Source of the DNA: Azolla caroliniana
Taxonomy: Eukaryota > Plantae > Polypodiophyta
Direction: 5' to 3'
Length of the DNA: 64,000 nucleotides
NCBI GenBank assembly: GCA_043228905.1
Contig: JBHGNT010000015.1
Coordinates: forward strand, 18,104,001-18,168,000
In this document: positions 36,601-48,563 of the stretch, one piece after another
Position numbering within the stretch: the first letter of the stretch is position 1
Layout: each line of letters begins with the position of its first letter
The notes under the pieces: model-generated
Database searches by the model: none
What the model was told of the DNA's origin: nothing
What the model saw: the letters and a program-made list of their open reading frames with translations, nothing else
Program-made: the position numbers and the translations under genes

Positions 36601-38731
36601 GTCACGGAGGTACGGAGGTTCTTGGGAGCATGCTCGTTCTACCACATATGGATCCCGCATTACACCCACGTTGCCGTGCCGCTATACGGGTTGCTGAAAA
36701 AGGGGCGAAGATTCGAGTGGCGAGACGAGCATACGGAGTCGGTCCGAAAGATGAAGGAGGCTCTTGCTGCAGCTCCGGCGCTCCGGAAGGCTGTCTACGA
36801 GAAAGGCACTCCCATCTACATAACGGTAGATACAAGCCCGATCGGGATCGGATGGGTCGTCAACCAAGAAGATGAGGACGACATTCGGTTCCCAATCCGG
36901 TTCGGTGCGAAGGTCCTCAGCGAGCGACAGCGAGGATACGCCCAGGTTAAACACGAACTCTGGGGTATCGTTTCGGCGGTAAAGGCTGATAAAGATTATC
37001 TGATCGAGACAGAGGTGATTATCGAGACGGACTGCCTGCCGATTCTCGACATGGTTTCCGGATGCGCAACCCCGGACCTGGCAATGCTCAGGTGGATAGC
37101 GTACATCAAGTCCCTGGATCCGGAAATACGGCACATTTCCGGGAAAGACAATGCCATGGCCGACATGCTTTCGAGGGCGCGATTCGACGACGAGGGCGGC
37201 ATGGTTTCGGAGGACGAGGAAGTCGGCGTGGATTTCTTCGAGGCGGCTTACGTAACAACCAAAGGGGGGAGCACTCCGGTGCTTAACGATTTCAACGAGA
37301 GCAAGTACGACGGGGAGTGGCTGCAGATTGGGGGATTCTTGAGTACGATGATGCCGGACGCGTCATGGACAAAGAACGAGGCCAACCGGATCCGGAGGAA
37401 AGCATACCGATTCTTTCTCCGGGACGGGTACTTGTGGAAACACCCGAAGAAGAGAAACGGCATCCCGCTCCGAGTAGTGGCGATGGAGGAGGAACAGGAG
37501 GAGTTGCTGAAGGCCTACCACGACAGCCCCTGGGCTGGACACCGTGGGACGTGGGCCACGTTCGAGAAGCTAAAGGGGAAGTACTGGTGGCCGGGACTGT
37601 ATCGGGACGTGCATCAGTTCGTGACAACTTGTGAGAGCTGTCAGATACACTCCATAGTCCGACATCGGGACGAGCTTCACCCTACATACCCTCCGGCCAT
37701 CCACTTCAAATGGATGGTAGATTTGGTGACGATGCCGATGGGTGTAGGGCAGATGCGATATTTGGTGCTGGCCCGGGAGGACCTGACGAACCAGGTGGAA
37801 TGCCGAGCCCTGCAGAACAAAACGACCGCAGCCGTGTGTCGGTTCCTGATCGAGGACGTGATATGCCGGTACGGGTGCATCGGGAAGATCGTGGCTGACC
37901 GCGCGGAGTTGGACGCCGAAGAAGCCGAGGAGATGTTCGACCGATTAGGGCTCAAGCTCTCGCTCACCACAACGTACAATCCGGAGGCGAACGGGAAGGT
38001 GCAACGCGGACACGGACCGATCGTCAAAGCGCTAGTCCGGGCGTGCGGAGGCCAGGTCGGGAACTGGCCACGACTGTTACCTTATGCCTTGTGGGCGGAC
38101 CGGACAACGCACAGTTCGGTAACCAGGTTCATGCCGTCAGAGCTCATGTTCGGACAGAAGCCGATCATGCCGATGGAACGGACGAACTTCTCTTGGTCGA
38201 CAGTGGACTGGAGAGACGAGATGAGCCGGGAAGAACTGCTAGTGGCGCGTATACGACAGCTCGAGCGGAGGCCAGAGGACGTGGAACGAGCGACGGAGAG
38301 ACTTTGGACGACGAGGATGAGGAACAAAGCCCGGTTCGACCGAACGCACCGGCTCCGACCAAAGAAAATCGAGGAAGGCGACTGGGTGCTAGTCTACGAC
38401 CGCAGCCTCGACAACCAGCACCGGGCAACACGGAAGTTTGCAAAGCGGTGGTTCGGGCCTTACGTGGTAACAAGCGCCAACGACAACGAGACGTATCACG
38501 TGGCGGAACTCGACGGTACGAGGATGGCGATACCGGTAGCAGGGAAGCGGATCAAAGCGTTCAAGAAGCGCCACGACGGCGAACCGGATCTAAGAGGCCT
38601 GGACAGCGACGACGAACAGTCCGAAACGGAGGACGAACCGATAGACGAGGAACCGGAACCCGGACCGATTTTCTCCAAACAGAACCGAATTTTGGCGCAT
38701 ACCGGTGGATGCGCGGTTAGGTGGGGGCGGA
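33641..38731 (+). pseudogene. Element B gag-PR / pol with internal deletion, stops and frameshift
   Basis: Colinear with A; CMWCDEVGHIRKDC, VDHGSEIN, DLYSGY, FLDD, DTSP, ETDC, WFGPY; 536-bp deletion at ~34595. Confidence 0.93.
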
Positions 38732-41389
38732 TGTCGTGAAGAAAACCGTCCCTTAGCGCAATCGGTGCATAGCGCGCGTGAACCGGCTCTTCACGCGTGC
38801 GCGCCCTTTAATGTATATAATAGAGAATTAGGTACAAAGGAATATCCTAGGTAGTTAAATTCGGTAGGTAGGAAGTTAATGAGGGAAACGGCTCCCCTCT
38901 TGAATCTATAAAAGAGAGGGAGACGCGGGGAGTCATGGATTTTTTTTTTTTGAGAAGAGGACGAAGTGCTGTCGGACCGAAACCAGACGCTTCTCCTCTG
39001 TTCATTCTCCGTCGCCCTTCTCTGTAGGTTTTCGGGAGGCTCGCGCTGCTTCGAGGAACGCCCGTGTGCTTCCGGTAGCACCTCCATCCTATCCCCTTTC
39101 GTGCGCGGACGAGCAAGCATCGGCATTTGTTCGCCGGCCTGTTCGGTTGTAACCGCTCGCGTGCTCTGTTGTTTATTTGTCATTCATTAATATACAAACA
39201 TTCGTGTCTCTCTGTCTCTGTGTCCACTCGTGTCTTCTGCGTTGACAGGGCCGTGTCCCTGTGTTTCTTTGCTCATACGTAACCGAGCGTCTCTCTCTTT
39301 CTCTTTCCCCTTCTATCACCTGCTCTTTGGTTCAAGACCCCGGTGGTCCCACCTTGTTTCTCCACACGCGCGCGTAGTAACGCGACAACGTGCTTTTCGT
39401 TCATCATGGCCCGTGCTACTTCGAGGATGTGCCAAATCTTTCATTCGGCCACTCCGTTTTGTTGTGGCGTATGTCGACACAAAAACTCTCGCTGAATTCC
39501 TTCTTTCCGTAGATACGCCGTAAACTCATCCGAAAAATATTCCTTGCCTCCATCCGATCGAAGGCACCATACGTGTCGACTTGTAGCTTTTTCGACTCCA
39601 CTCTTGAATTTTTTGAAGTGTTTGAACACTTCACTCTTTTGCCGCATCGGGTAGATCCAAGTGTGCCTTGAGAAGTTGTCGATAAAGGTCACGTAGTATC
39701 CGCATTTGCCAAATGTCGCCATTTGAGCTGGTCCCCATATATCGGAATAAATTACGTCGAGTACGCCTTTGCTTACATTCCTCTCCTTCGGAAATGGATG
39801 CCGATGTTGGTTGCCGAATTGGCAAGCCACACATACGCCTTCAATCTCTCTCTCTTTGAAGGTCAGGAGTCCTATGACGAGTCCTTTCAATTGCATCACC
39901 TTGAGCTTTTGAAGGTTGATATGGTCAATCCGCTTGTGCCATAACTCTATGTCAGACTCGGCTTTCGTGCCTTTTGCGAACATGGCCGATTTTATCTCGT
40001 GCGAGTCAAGAATGAACGTTCGGCCCTCTCTTCGTCTGCGCGTGATGAGTCGGCCCTCTTTCTCGATGAAGCAACCGCCTTGATTAAATCGAACTTGCAT
40101 TCCTTGCTCTACAATTTGGCCGACGGAGACCAAATTCTTCGTGATAGTTAGTACATGCAAGACATTTTTAATGTAAGTTTGCTTACCTTCTTCTCCAAAC
40201 GGAACATTGCCGATGTGCCGAATCGGATGCGTAGTATTGTCTCCGGTTTCGACATAGCCGGGTCGTTCTGTCTCTCGAAGTTCTCGGAACCATTCTTGAT
40301 GCGATGTCATATGGTTCGAGGCACCGGAATCAACGAACCATACGTCTTCCGGACTGGAGGCACTAGTAGAAGTAGAGGCCGACATAGAATTCGCTCTATG
40401 TCTCATTACGAATAATCCACCGTAGTCGTCATACTCGGAGTTGGCGGCATAATTGGTGAGTTGTCGGCTAGTGGCTCGGAACCATTCTTGATGCGATGTC
40501 ATATGGTTCGAGGCACCGGAATCAACGAACCATACGTTGTCGTGAAGAAAACCGTCCATAAGCGGAATCGGCAGACCAAGGCGTGGGAACCGGTTCCTCA
40601 CGCGCGCACGCTCCAAGTCGAACATAGAAGCGAGTTAGGAGGATATTCGGCAGGAACGGGCCCTAACACGAGTGGAGACAAAGACCGCGCGAACAGTCTT
40701 TTCGGTCGCGCGCGCGAGCTAAGGGACGGCACGAGTCGGCGGCGTAACTACGCGTATGCGTGAAGAACGGAGCGGATCCCTGTTCGAAAGGGACAGGGGA
40801 TAAAGCTGACATGACGGCCTGCTCGTCGAGATATATAAGGAACAGGAAAGAGCTGTAAAAAGGGATATATCGCGCGGAGAGGACGAAGTGCTGTCGGACC
40901 GTTTCTGGACGCTTCTCTCTCTCTGTTTCCTTCCTTCTTGAGCTCCATAGCTTTCTGTGCAGGGTTCCGAGGAGGCTCGCGCTGTTTCGAGGAACGCCCG
41001 AGTGCTTCCGGCAGCACCTCCAACCTGCTAACCCCCTTGCCCTGTTTTGTGCGTCGAAGCGAGCAGGCATCGGCATCTGTTCGCCGGCCTGTTCGGTTGT
41101 AACCAACCTGTGCCCCATCGAGGGTTGTAGTCGTGCTAGCCATTTTTCTTAATATACATATTTAGTCATTCGCATCTGTCTATGCCGGTGTCTGTTCGCG
41201 TTCTCCGTGCTGAAGGGCCGTGTCCCTGTGTATCCCCGGTCCTGCGTAGCCGGTTCTCCCTCTTTCTCCTCCCTCGCTTGCTCTTTGGTTCGAGGCCCCC
41301 GCGGTCCCGCCTCGTTTCCACACGCACTTGCGTAATATCTCGATATCTTTGGTGAACCCGACGTGAAAGAGGCGGCAGAAGAGCAGAAG

Positions 41390-43516
41390 ATGAGGGGGTC
41401 GGATCTTGCAGAGGCCATGGCTTCGGCCGTGGATCGGATTGTAAACGCGCGCGAGGGCACCGGTGCCCTCGACAGAGCTATTGAGGCGGTCGTCGGCACG
41501 ATCGGCCGGTTCGATGGGAAGGATGCCACGAAGTATTTGGCGTCCTACGGTGCAGAGATGCTGATGCGGGACATTCCGGAAGAAAGGCGTCTTGGCGGAT
41601 TTCCCCGAGTGGCGATGCCGAGCATCCATGCGGAGGTGCTCGAGGTGCGGGCGGAGAGCCGTACCTGGGAGGAGTTCGAAGGGCGGCTCCTAGAGAAATA
41701 CGGGCTGGACGACGCGCTCCGGCTTTCAAAGCGAAGGTTCATGGAATGGGTGGAGTCCCCGGGGAAAGGAAGAAACGCGACGGCACTCCTCCGGGAGTTC
41801 GAGGAAAACTTTGCGCGCCTTTCGGCGCTCGACCGAACCATCCTGGACACGAGCCGGGTCTTGCTGTTTGTCAAGTCGGTCGACGAGCGGGATCGGGAGC
41901 ACGTGGGCCTCTTGCTGGAAACCGAAGACGGGCTCACTATCGACTGGGCGGCTGTCAAGAAAGTCTGTGGCCGTTTCGACAAACGGCGAGAATGGGCGGA
42001 TAACGGGGCAGCCGGGTCGGGCTCGGTCGCAGCAAGGAAGCTCGAACCAGCGCCACAGGTGCGAAAGGAAGAGACCCGAGAGTGGTTGGAAACTGGTTCG
42101 GCTTCGACCGGCGTAGTCAGAGGCTCGACCGGAGGAGCGGCGCTGGAGGAATTGACGAGGGCGATAAAGGACCTCCAAATCGCGCAAGCCCGAAGGGAAG
42201 GTGGCGAACCGGCTCGTGACCGACGGCCGGCGGCAGGAAACAAGTGCATGTGGTGCGATGAAGTCGGCCACATTCGGAAGGACTGCGGCGACTTCGCGGA
42301 GGCGCTGAGGAACAGGGTGGTGTACCTGTGGGAAGGACGGGTGCATGCCAGCGACACCCGAAGGGCCCTGAGCCGAAACGACGGGCGAGGTGGTATGAAA
42401 AGGTTGATGGAAGAGGCGGCGGCCCGACACGCGGAAACCGTCCACTACTCGGCGTCGGCCGGCATTCGAGTCGGGGGCGGCGAGGCCCGAAGGGAAAGCA
42501 AAACCGGATTCTGGCCGACGATGCTGGAAGGCCTTGCCGGTGCAAGGCTTAAAAGGGAGGAATCGGACCGTGCGGAGAAACGGGTACGGGAGATGACCGG
42601 GTGGAGCGACCCTGTCGAGGAAAAGACGGGCTTCGTGGAAGCCGCTTGCCAGAACCACGAGGCCCTGGTAGAAGAGAAGCGGGTGGGGAAACCCGGGACG
42701 ACCGGGCCCTCACAACGATACGAGACCCGGTCCGGGCCACGACGGGACGAAGCCGGCGGGGCCGGTACGCAAGATAAACCCCAGAAGGGCGGGTACCGTC
42801 TGGGGACGGAGATAGAAAGGACCACGGACTTACGAAAGGTCCTGGAGGAGCGGATCCTCGACAGTAAGGTGGAGTTGTCGTTACGAGAGGTGCTGGGAAT
42901 CGCCAAGAAGGAGTTCCACGACTCCATCGTGGACTTGGTGAAACGGAAGAGGCTGTCAACGGAGACAGAACCGGAAAGACCGGTGGAAGTGCGGACGACG
43001 CACCTAGACGACATGGCGCTGGGAGACGAGTGGGCGGAAAGCCACTATTCGAGACCACACTGGGCCCGAGCGACCACGGAAACCCCGGTGAAGATCGGCG
43101 ATGTCCAGGAACCGGTGATAGCTTTGGTGGACCATGGATCGGAGATCAATTTGATGTCCATGGACTTCTATAAGAAGGGCAAATGGCCGGTCAACACCAA
43201 GCACGGGTGGAAAATAAGGGCAGCAACGCGCGCCACCGAGGAACTGCACGGGGCCTGTCCGAATGTGCGAGTCAAGATCGGCGACGTCGAGATTGACCAG
43301 CACTTCTTCGTGCAGGAGACGTCTTCGCATCCGGTCATACTGGGAGAGCCGTACATCACGGCGGCGCGAATGGAGACCAAGGTGCTGGACAATGGTTCGG
43401 CCTACGCGAGGGTCAAAAGCCAAGACGGGCGCCATTCGGTCCAGTTTCTGACGGTACGGCCGAACCACGAACGTAACCGCGATTCCCTCGGTTCCGAAAC
43501 CCGAGAGGATTTTTAG
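41390..43516 (+). CDS. gag: Element A Gag-protease ORF
   Basis: Open frame with capsid-like N-terminus, CX2CX4HX4C knuckle and aspartyl protease LVDHGSEIN; first ATG 41390. Confidence 0.93.
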   Translation: MRGSDLAEAMASAVDRIVNAREGTGALDRAIEAVVGTIGRFDGKDATKYLASYGAEMLMRDIPEERRLGGFPRVAMPSIHAEVLEVRAESRTWEEFEGRLLEKYGLDDALRLSKRRFMEWVESPGKGRNATALLREFEENFARLSALDRTILDTSRVLLFVKSVDERDREHVGLLLETEDGLTIDWAAVKKVCGRFDKRREWADNGAAGSGSVAARKLEPAPQVRKEETREWLETGSASTGVVRGSTGGAALEELTRAIKDLQIAQARREGGEPARDRRPAAGNKCMWCDEVGHIRKDCGDFAEALRNRVVYLWEGRVHASDTRRALSRNDGRGGMKRLMEEAAARHAETVHYSASAGIRVGGGEARRESKTGFWPTMLEGLAGARLKREESDRAEKRVREMTGWSDPVEEKTGFVEAACQNHEALVEEKRVGKPGTTGPSQRYETRSGPRRDEAGGAGTQDKPQKGGYRLGTEIERTTDLRKVLEERILDSKVELSLREVLGIAKKEFHDSIVDLVKRKRLSTETEPERPVEVRTTHLDDMALGDEWAESHYSRPHWARATTETPVKIGDVQEPVIALVDHGSEINLMSMDFYKKGKWPVNTKHGWKIRAATRATEELHGACPNVRVKIGDVEIDQHFFVQETSSHPVILGEPYITAARMETKVLDNGSAYARVKSQDGRHSVQFLTVRPNHERNRDSLGSETREDF

Positions 43517-43572
43517 AGAGGACTGCCAAGGCGTGGGGCCGCGACAGTCCGGATGCTCGGGAAAAACCCCAC
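43507..43572 (+). promoter_or_regulatory. Putative -1 ribosomal frameshift signal (G GAT TTT plus stem/pseudoknot)
   Basis: Slippery heptamer directly before the ORF1 stop; pol is in the -1 frame and open across it; GGACTG/CAGTCC stem 6 nt downstream; heptamer conserved in B at 35153. Confidence 0.75.
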
Positions 43573-46500
43573 ATCTGTACGATAAAACCGTGTACAATAG
43601 GTAGGAAATTTTGCTTCTCCGACAGCGGAGCATGTACGATGGTCGGCATCACCGGCCGAGAGAAAACAAAGACGGAGGGGAGACTTCGGGCGTGCGGTGT
43701 TCTCGGCCCTGACGAAGAAATCAACGGAGCCGTGGAGGTAGTCTCCTTCGACGACACCTTGGGAATGCTGGGGAGGGTAGTCGAAGAAGACCTTATCGAG
43801 GACCGGACGATACCGGTATGTTCCGAAGAAATGTACGAAGTCATCGCGGACTTCGGTCGAGGGCTCGAGTCGGGACGGACGGCCCGAGTTAGCACCAAGT
43901 ACAAGACTGTGGACCGGAAGGTGAGGCCAGTTGCGGCGCCCCTACCTGAGGGCAGCGAATCCCGAATTAAAGGGGTTGCATCGGACCCCAGCTTACGGGA
44001 TCCGGCCTGCATAGGACACACCTTCACCAACGAGACGCTCCGCGAGCTGAAGATCGGTGGGGGCGGGTTCCTACTACCGGTGGAGGAAGACCGGTTTCGG
44101 AGGATGCTCGGAAGGCACGGAAAAGCCTTCACATTCTCACCGGAGGAAATCGGGTGCGTAGACCCGACGATCGTAGAGTCGATGGTGATATTCACGGTAC
44201 CGCATGTACCGTGGAATCTCAAGCCAATTCCGGTTCCGAGAGCTCACATCCCGAAGTTGATGGAGCTGTTGAAGCAGAAAGTTGATATGGGCATTCTCGA
44301 GCCGTCGAGCGCCCCGTACTCGAACCGGTGGTTTACCGTACCAAAGAAAAACGGATCATTGCGCTTCATTCAGGACCTGCAACCGGTCAATAGGGTGACC
44401 ATTCGGAACGCAGGGATCGGACCGACCATAGATGAGTTCGCGGAGGCCTTCACCGGAAGGTCGATTTACTCGGTCGGTGATCTATATTCAGGGTACGACC
44501 AGTTCCAGCTAGCCGTGGAGAGCAGAGACATTACGACGATGCGAACTCCCCTCGGCCTAGTGCGGATGTGTACGCTGCCGCAAGGAGGGACCAACTCGGT
44601 GGCCCACATGGTGAATGCAATGAACAAGGTGCTGAGGGACTGCATCCCGGACATCACCATGCCGTTTCTAGACGACATCCCGATCAAGGGATGCCCGGTA
44701 GAAGAGAAGGACGAGACGATCGGGCCGGACGGATGCCGGCGATTCGTGGTAACGCACATCGACGACTGCGAGAAGGTGCTGCGAAGGCTAGAGGATGCGA
44801 GGCTCACCTTCTTGGGGGAGAAGTCAGCCTTCGGGCAGTCGGAAATCATGGTGGTCGGACATTTATGTGGACCATATGGCCGGAGACCGTCTCCGGCAAA
44901 GATAGAAGCCATCTCCGCGATGAAGCCTGATTGCAGCTCGGTCACGGAAGTACGAAGATTCTTGGGGGCATGCGCCTTCTACCACATATGGATCCCGCAT
45001 TACGCGCACGTCGCGGAGCCGCTGTACGGATTATTGAAGAAAGGGCGAAGATTCGAATGGCTAGACAAGCACACGGAGTCGGTCCGGAAGCTGAAGGAGG
45101 CTCTTTCGGCAGCACCGGCGCTCCGAAAGGCCGTCTACAGGAAGGGCACCCCAGTGTACATAACGGTTGACACGAGTCCGACCGGAATCGGGTGGGTCGT
45201 CAACCAAGAAGATGAGGACGGCAATCGGTTTCCGATCCGATTCGGTGCGAAGGTCCTCAGCGAACGGCAGCGAGGATACGCCCAGGTTAAACGCGAACTC
45301 TGGGGTATCGTTTCGGCGGTGAAGGCCGACAAGGACTATCTGATCGGGACGGAGGTAATCATAGAGACGGATTGCATGCCGATTCTCGGCATGGTTTCCG
45401 GATGCGCGACGCCGGACCTGGCAATGCTCAGGTGGATAGCGTACATCAAGTCCCTAGACCCGGTAATACGACACATTTCCGGGAAAGACAACGCCATGGC
45501 CGACATGCTTTCAAGGGCGAGATTCGATGACGAGGGCGGCATGATTTCGGAGGACGAAGAGGTCGGCGTGGACTTCTTCGAGACTGCGTATGTAACAACC
45601 GACGGGACAAGCACTCCGGCACTTAACGACTTTGACGCGAGCAAGTACGACGGGGAGTGGCTGCAGATCGGTGGGTTTTTGAAGACAATGACGCCCGATG
45701 CGTCATGGACGAAGGACGAGGCCAACCGGATCCGGAAGAAAGCGTACCGGTTCTTTCTCCGGGATGGCTATCTATGGAAGCACCCGAAGAAGAGGGACGG
45801 CGCTCCGCTCCGGGTAGTGGCGATGAAGGAAGAACAGGAGGAGCTGCTGACGGCTTACCACGACAGCCGTTGGGCTGGACACCGTGGAACATGGGCTACG
45901 TTTGAGAAACTGAAAGGGAAGTATTGGTGGCCGGGGCAGTACCGGGACGTGCATCGGTTCGTGACAACTTGCGAGAGCTGTCAGATGCACTCCATAGTCC
46001 GACATCGGGACGAGCTTCACCCCACGTACCCTCCGACCATCCACTTCAAATGGATGGTAGATCTGGTGACGATGCCAATGGGGGTAGGACAGATGCGGTA
46101 CCTGGTCCTAGCGCGGGAGGATCTGACGAACCAGGTGGAAGGCCGGGCCCTTCCGAACAAAACGACCGCGGCCGTATGCCGGTTCCTAATCGAGGACGTG
46201 ATATGCCGGTACGGGTGCGTCGGGAAGATCGTGGCTGACCGAGGGGAGTTGGACGCCGAAGAAGCCGCGGAGCTGTTCGGCCGGCTGGGAGTCAAGCTCT
46301 CGCTCACCACTGCGTACAATCCGGAGGCGAATGGAAAGGTGGAGCGCGGACACGGACCGATCGTCAAGGCGTTGGTTCGGGCATGCGGAGGCCGAGTCGG
46401 TGACTGGCCGCGGCTGCTACCTTATGCTCTGTGGGCAGACCGGACCACGCACAGTTCGGTAACCGGGTACATGCCGACGGAGCTCATGTTCGGCCAGAAG

Positions 46501-46995
46501 CCGATCATGCCGATAGAACGGGCTATCTCCTCGTGGGCAACGGTCGACTAGAGGGACGAGATGAGCCGGGAGGAGTTGTTGGCCGCGCGCATACGACAGC
46601 TCGAGCGGAGACCGGAGGACGTGGAACTGGCTGCGGAGAAGCTCCGGGTGGCGAGGAAAAAGAACAAAGCCAGGTTCGACCGAACGCACCGGCTCCGACC
46701 GAAGAAAATCGAAGAAGGTGACTGGGTGCTCGTCTACGACAGCAGCCTCGACAACCAGCACCGAGCTACACGGAAGTTCGCACGAAGGTGGTTCGGGCCT
46801 TACGTGGTACGGAGCGCCAATGACAACGGGACATATCACCTGGCGGAACTCGACGGCACGAGAATGGCGATACCGGTTGCAGGGAAGCGGATCAAGGCGT
46901 TCAAGAAGCGACACGACGACGAGCCAGACCCGGCTCTCCTGGTCAGCAGTGACGAACGATCCGAAAACGAGGAAGAACCGACGGGCGAGGAATGA
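43513..46995 (+). CDS. pol: Element A Pol (RT-RNase H-integrase), one premature stop at 46549-46551
   Basis: DLYSGY, LPQG, FLDD, DTSP/ETDC RNase H, HHCC zinc finger, DRGE and GKVER integrase core, WFGPY; TGG in B is TAG here. Confidence 0.93.
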
Positions 46996-48476
46996 AGACG
47001 GGCCAGTTTTCTCCGTCCCAACTTTCTTGGCGCACACCGGAGGATGCGCGGTTAGGTGGGGGCGGATGTCGTGAAGAAAACCGTCCATAAGCGGAATCGG
47101 CAGACCAAGGCGTGGGAACCGGTTCCTCACGCGCGCACGCTCCAAGTCGAACATAGAAGCGAGTTAGGAGGATATTCGGCAGGAACGGGCCCTAACACGA
47201 GTGGAGACAAAGACCGCGCGAACAGTCTTTTCGGTCGCGCGCGCGAGCTAAGGGACGGCACGAGTCGGCGACGTAACTACGCGTATGCGTGAAGAACGGA
47301 GCGGATCCCTGTTCGAAAGGGACAGGGGATAAAGCTGACATGACGGCCTGCTCGTCGAGATATATAAGGAACAGGAAAGAGCTGTAAAAAGGGATATATC
47401 GCGCGGAGAGGACGAAGTGCTGTCGGACCGTTTCTGGACGCTTCTCTCTCTCTGTTTCCTTCCTTCTTGAGCTCCATAGATTTCTGTGCAGGGTTCCGAG
47501 GAGGCTCGCGCTGTTTCGAGGAACGCCCGAGTGCTTCCGGCAGCACCTCCAACCTGCTAACCCCCTTGCCCTGTTTTGTGCGTCGAAGCGAGCAGGCATC
47601 GGCATCTGTTCGCCGGCCTGTTCGGTTGTAACCAACCTGTGCCCCATCGAGGGTTGTAGTCGTGCTAGCCATTTTTCTTAATATACATATTTAGTCATTC
47701 GCATCTGTCTGTGCCGGTGTCTGTTCGCGTTCTCCGTGCTGAAGGGCCGTGTCCCTGTGTATCCCCGGTCCTGCGTAGCCGGTTCTCCCTCTTTCTCCTC
47801 CCTCGCTTGCTCTTTGGTTCGAGGCCCCCGCGGTCCCGCCTCGTTTCCACACGCACTTGCGTAATATCTCGATAACGTCTTCCGGACAGGAGGCACTAGT
47901 AGAAGTAGAGGCCGGCATAGAATTCACTCTATGTCTCATTACGAATAATCCACCGTAGTCGTCATACTCGGAGTCGGCGGCGTAATTGGTGAGTTGTCGG
48001 CTAGTGGAAACCAACTCGTGTATCTTCTTACAACATTCTTCTTCGTGGTGACCGATTTTTCCGCAATATCTGCATTCGACCGAGTTTTGTTGGCTCGGAC
48101 TGGAATGGTGGCTCCCCCTTCTTTCAAAGGTTCCTCGATGGCCTCCATCTTGTTGCCATAATTGAGAGTTGTTTTCGTAAGTCGGGCCTCGTCCTCCTCG
48201 TCCTTGGCCGAATCGGCCTCTTCTTGCACGACCGCGTCCTCTTCCTCCGTCTGAATGTGTGTAGAGCATGTGGCCTTCCGAGGCGTTGCTCCTTGTTCGA
48301 ACATGATTCTCTTTGACCAACAACATGGATTGAAGATCGAAGGAGGGTGGATTCTCCCGTGCTAGTACGGCGGTCCGCATTGCGCCGAACCGTTGTCGTA
48401 GTGTATTTTGTACACTACGTGAAAAACGTATATAGTATTAGATTCAATAAAAAATGAAGAAATAGAAGAAAATAGC

Positions 48477-48563
48477 AAAATAAATGGAACATGCATAGGG
48501 CAAGATTCGAACCTTGCACCTCCATGTTAATAATGTAATGTCTTACCATTACACTAGCATTTC
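48477..48563 (-). promoter_or_regulatory. tRNA-like A box/B box cassette in G 5' LTR
   Basis: Minus strand TAGTGTAATGGTAAGACAT...GCAAGGTTCGAATCTTGC; D-like and T-like stems; T4 then T6 downstream. Confidence 0.65.

Larger units (their letters stand above)
25037..39387 (+). mobile_element. Ty3/Gypsy element B (tRNA-Trp primed, non-chromovirus), degenerate, contains C
   Basis: LTRs 25037-25693 and 38732-39387, TSD ACGT, PBS TAGTGAACCCGACGTGAA 25698-25715, PPT GGTGGGGGCGGA before 38732. Confidence 0.95.
40538..47874 (+). mobile_element. Ty3/Gypsy element A, near intact and young (possibly Phygy/Selgy-like lineage)
   Basis: 808-bp LTRs 40538-41345 and 47067-47874 with only three differences spotted, TSD ACGT, PBS TGGTGAACCCGACGTGAA 41350-41367 (complement of plant tRNA-Trp 3' end), PPT 47055-47066. 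Confidence 0.97.

Noticed and set aside
39441-40625. 394-aa ORF with novel N-terminus
   Set aside because: Read-through from the antisense A LTR into D2 protease/integrase
41545-44222. Long antisense ORFs (200-310 aa) over A
   Set aside because: Expected shadows of GC-rich coding sequence; no motifs
48477-48563. Functional tRNA gene call for the tRNA-like cassettes
   Set aside because: Acceptor and anticodon stems do not pair; reported as promoter-like cassettes instead
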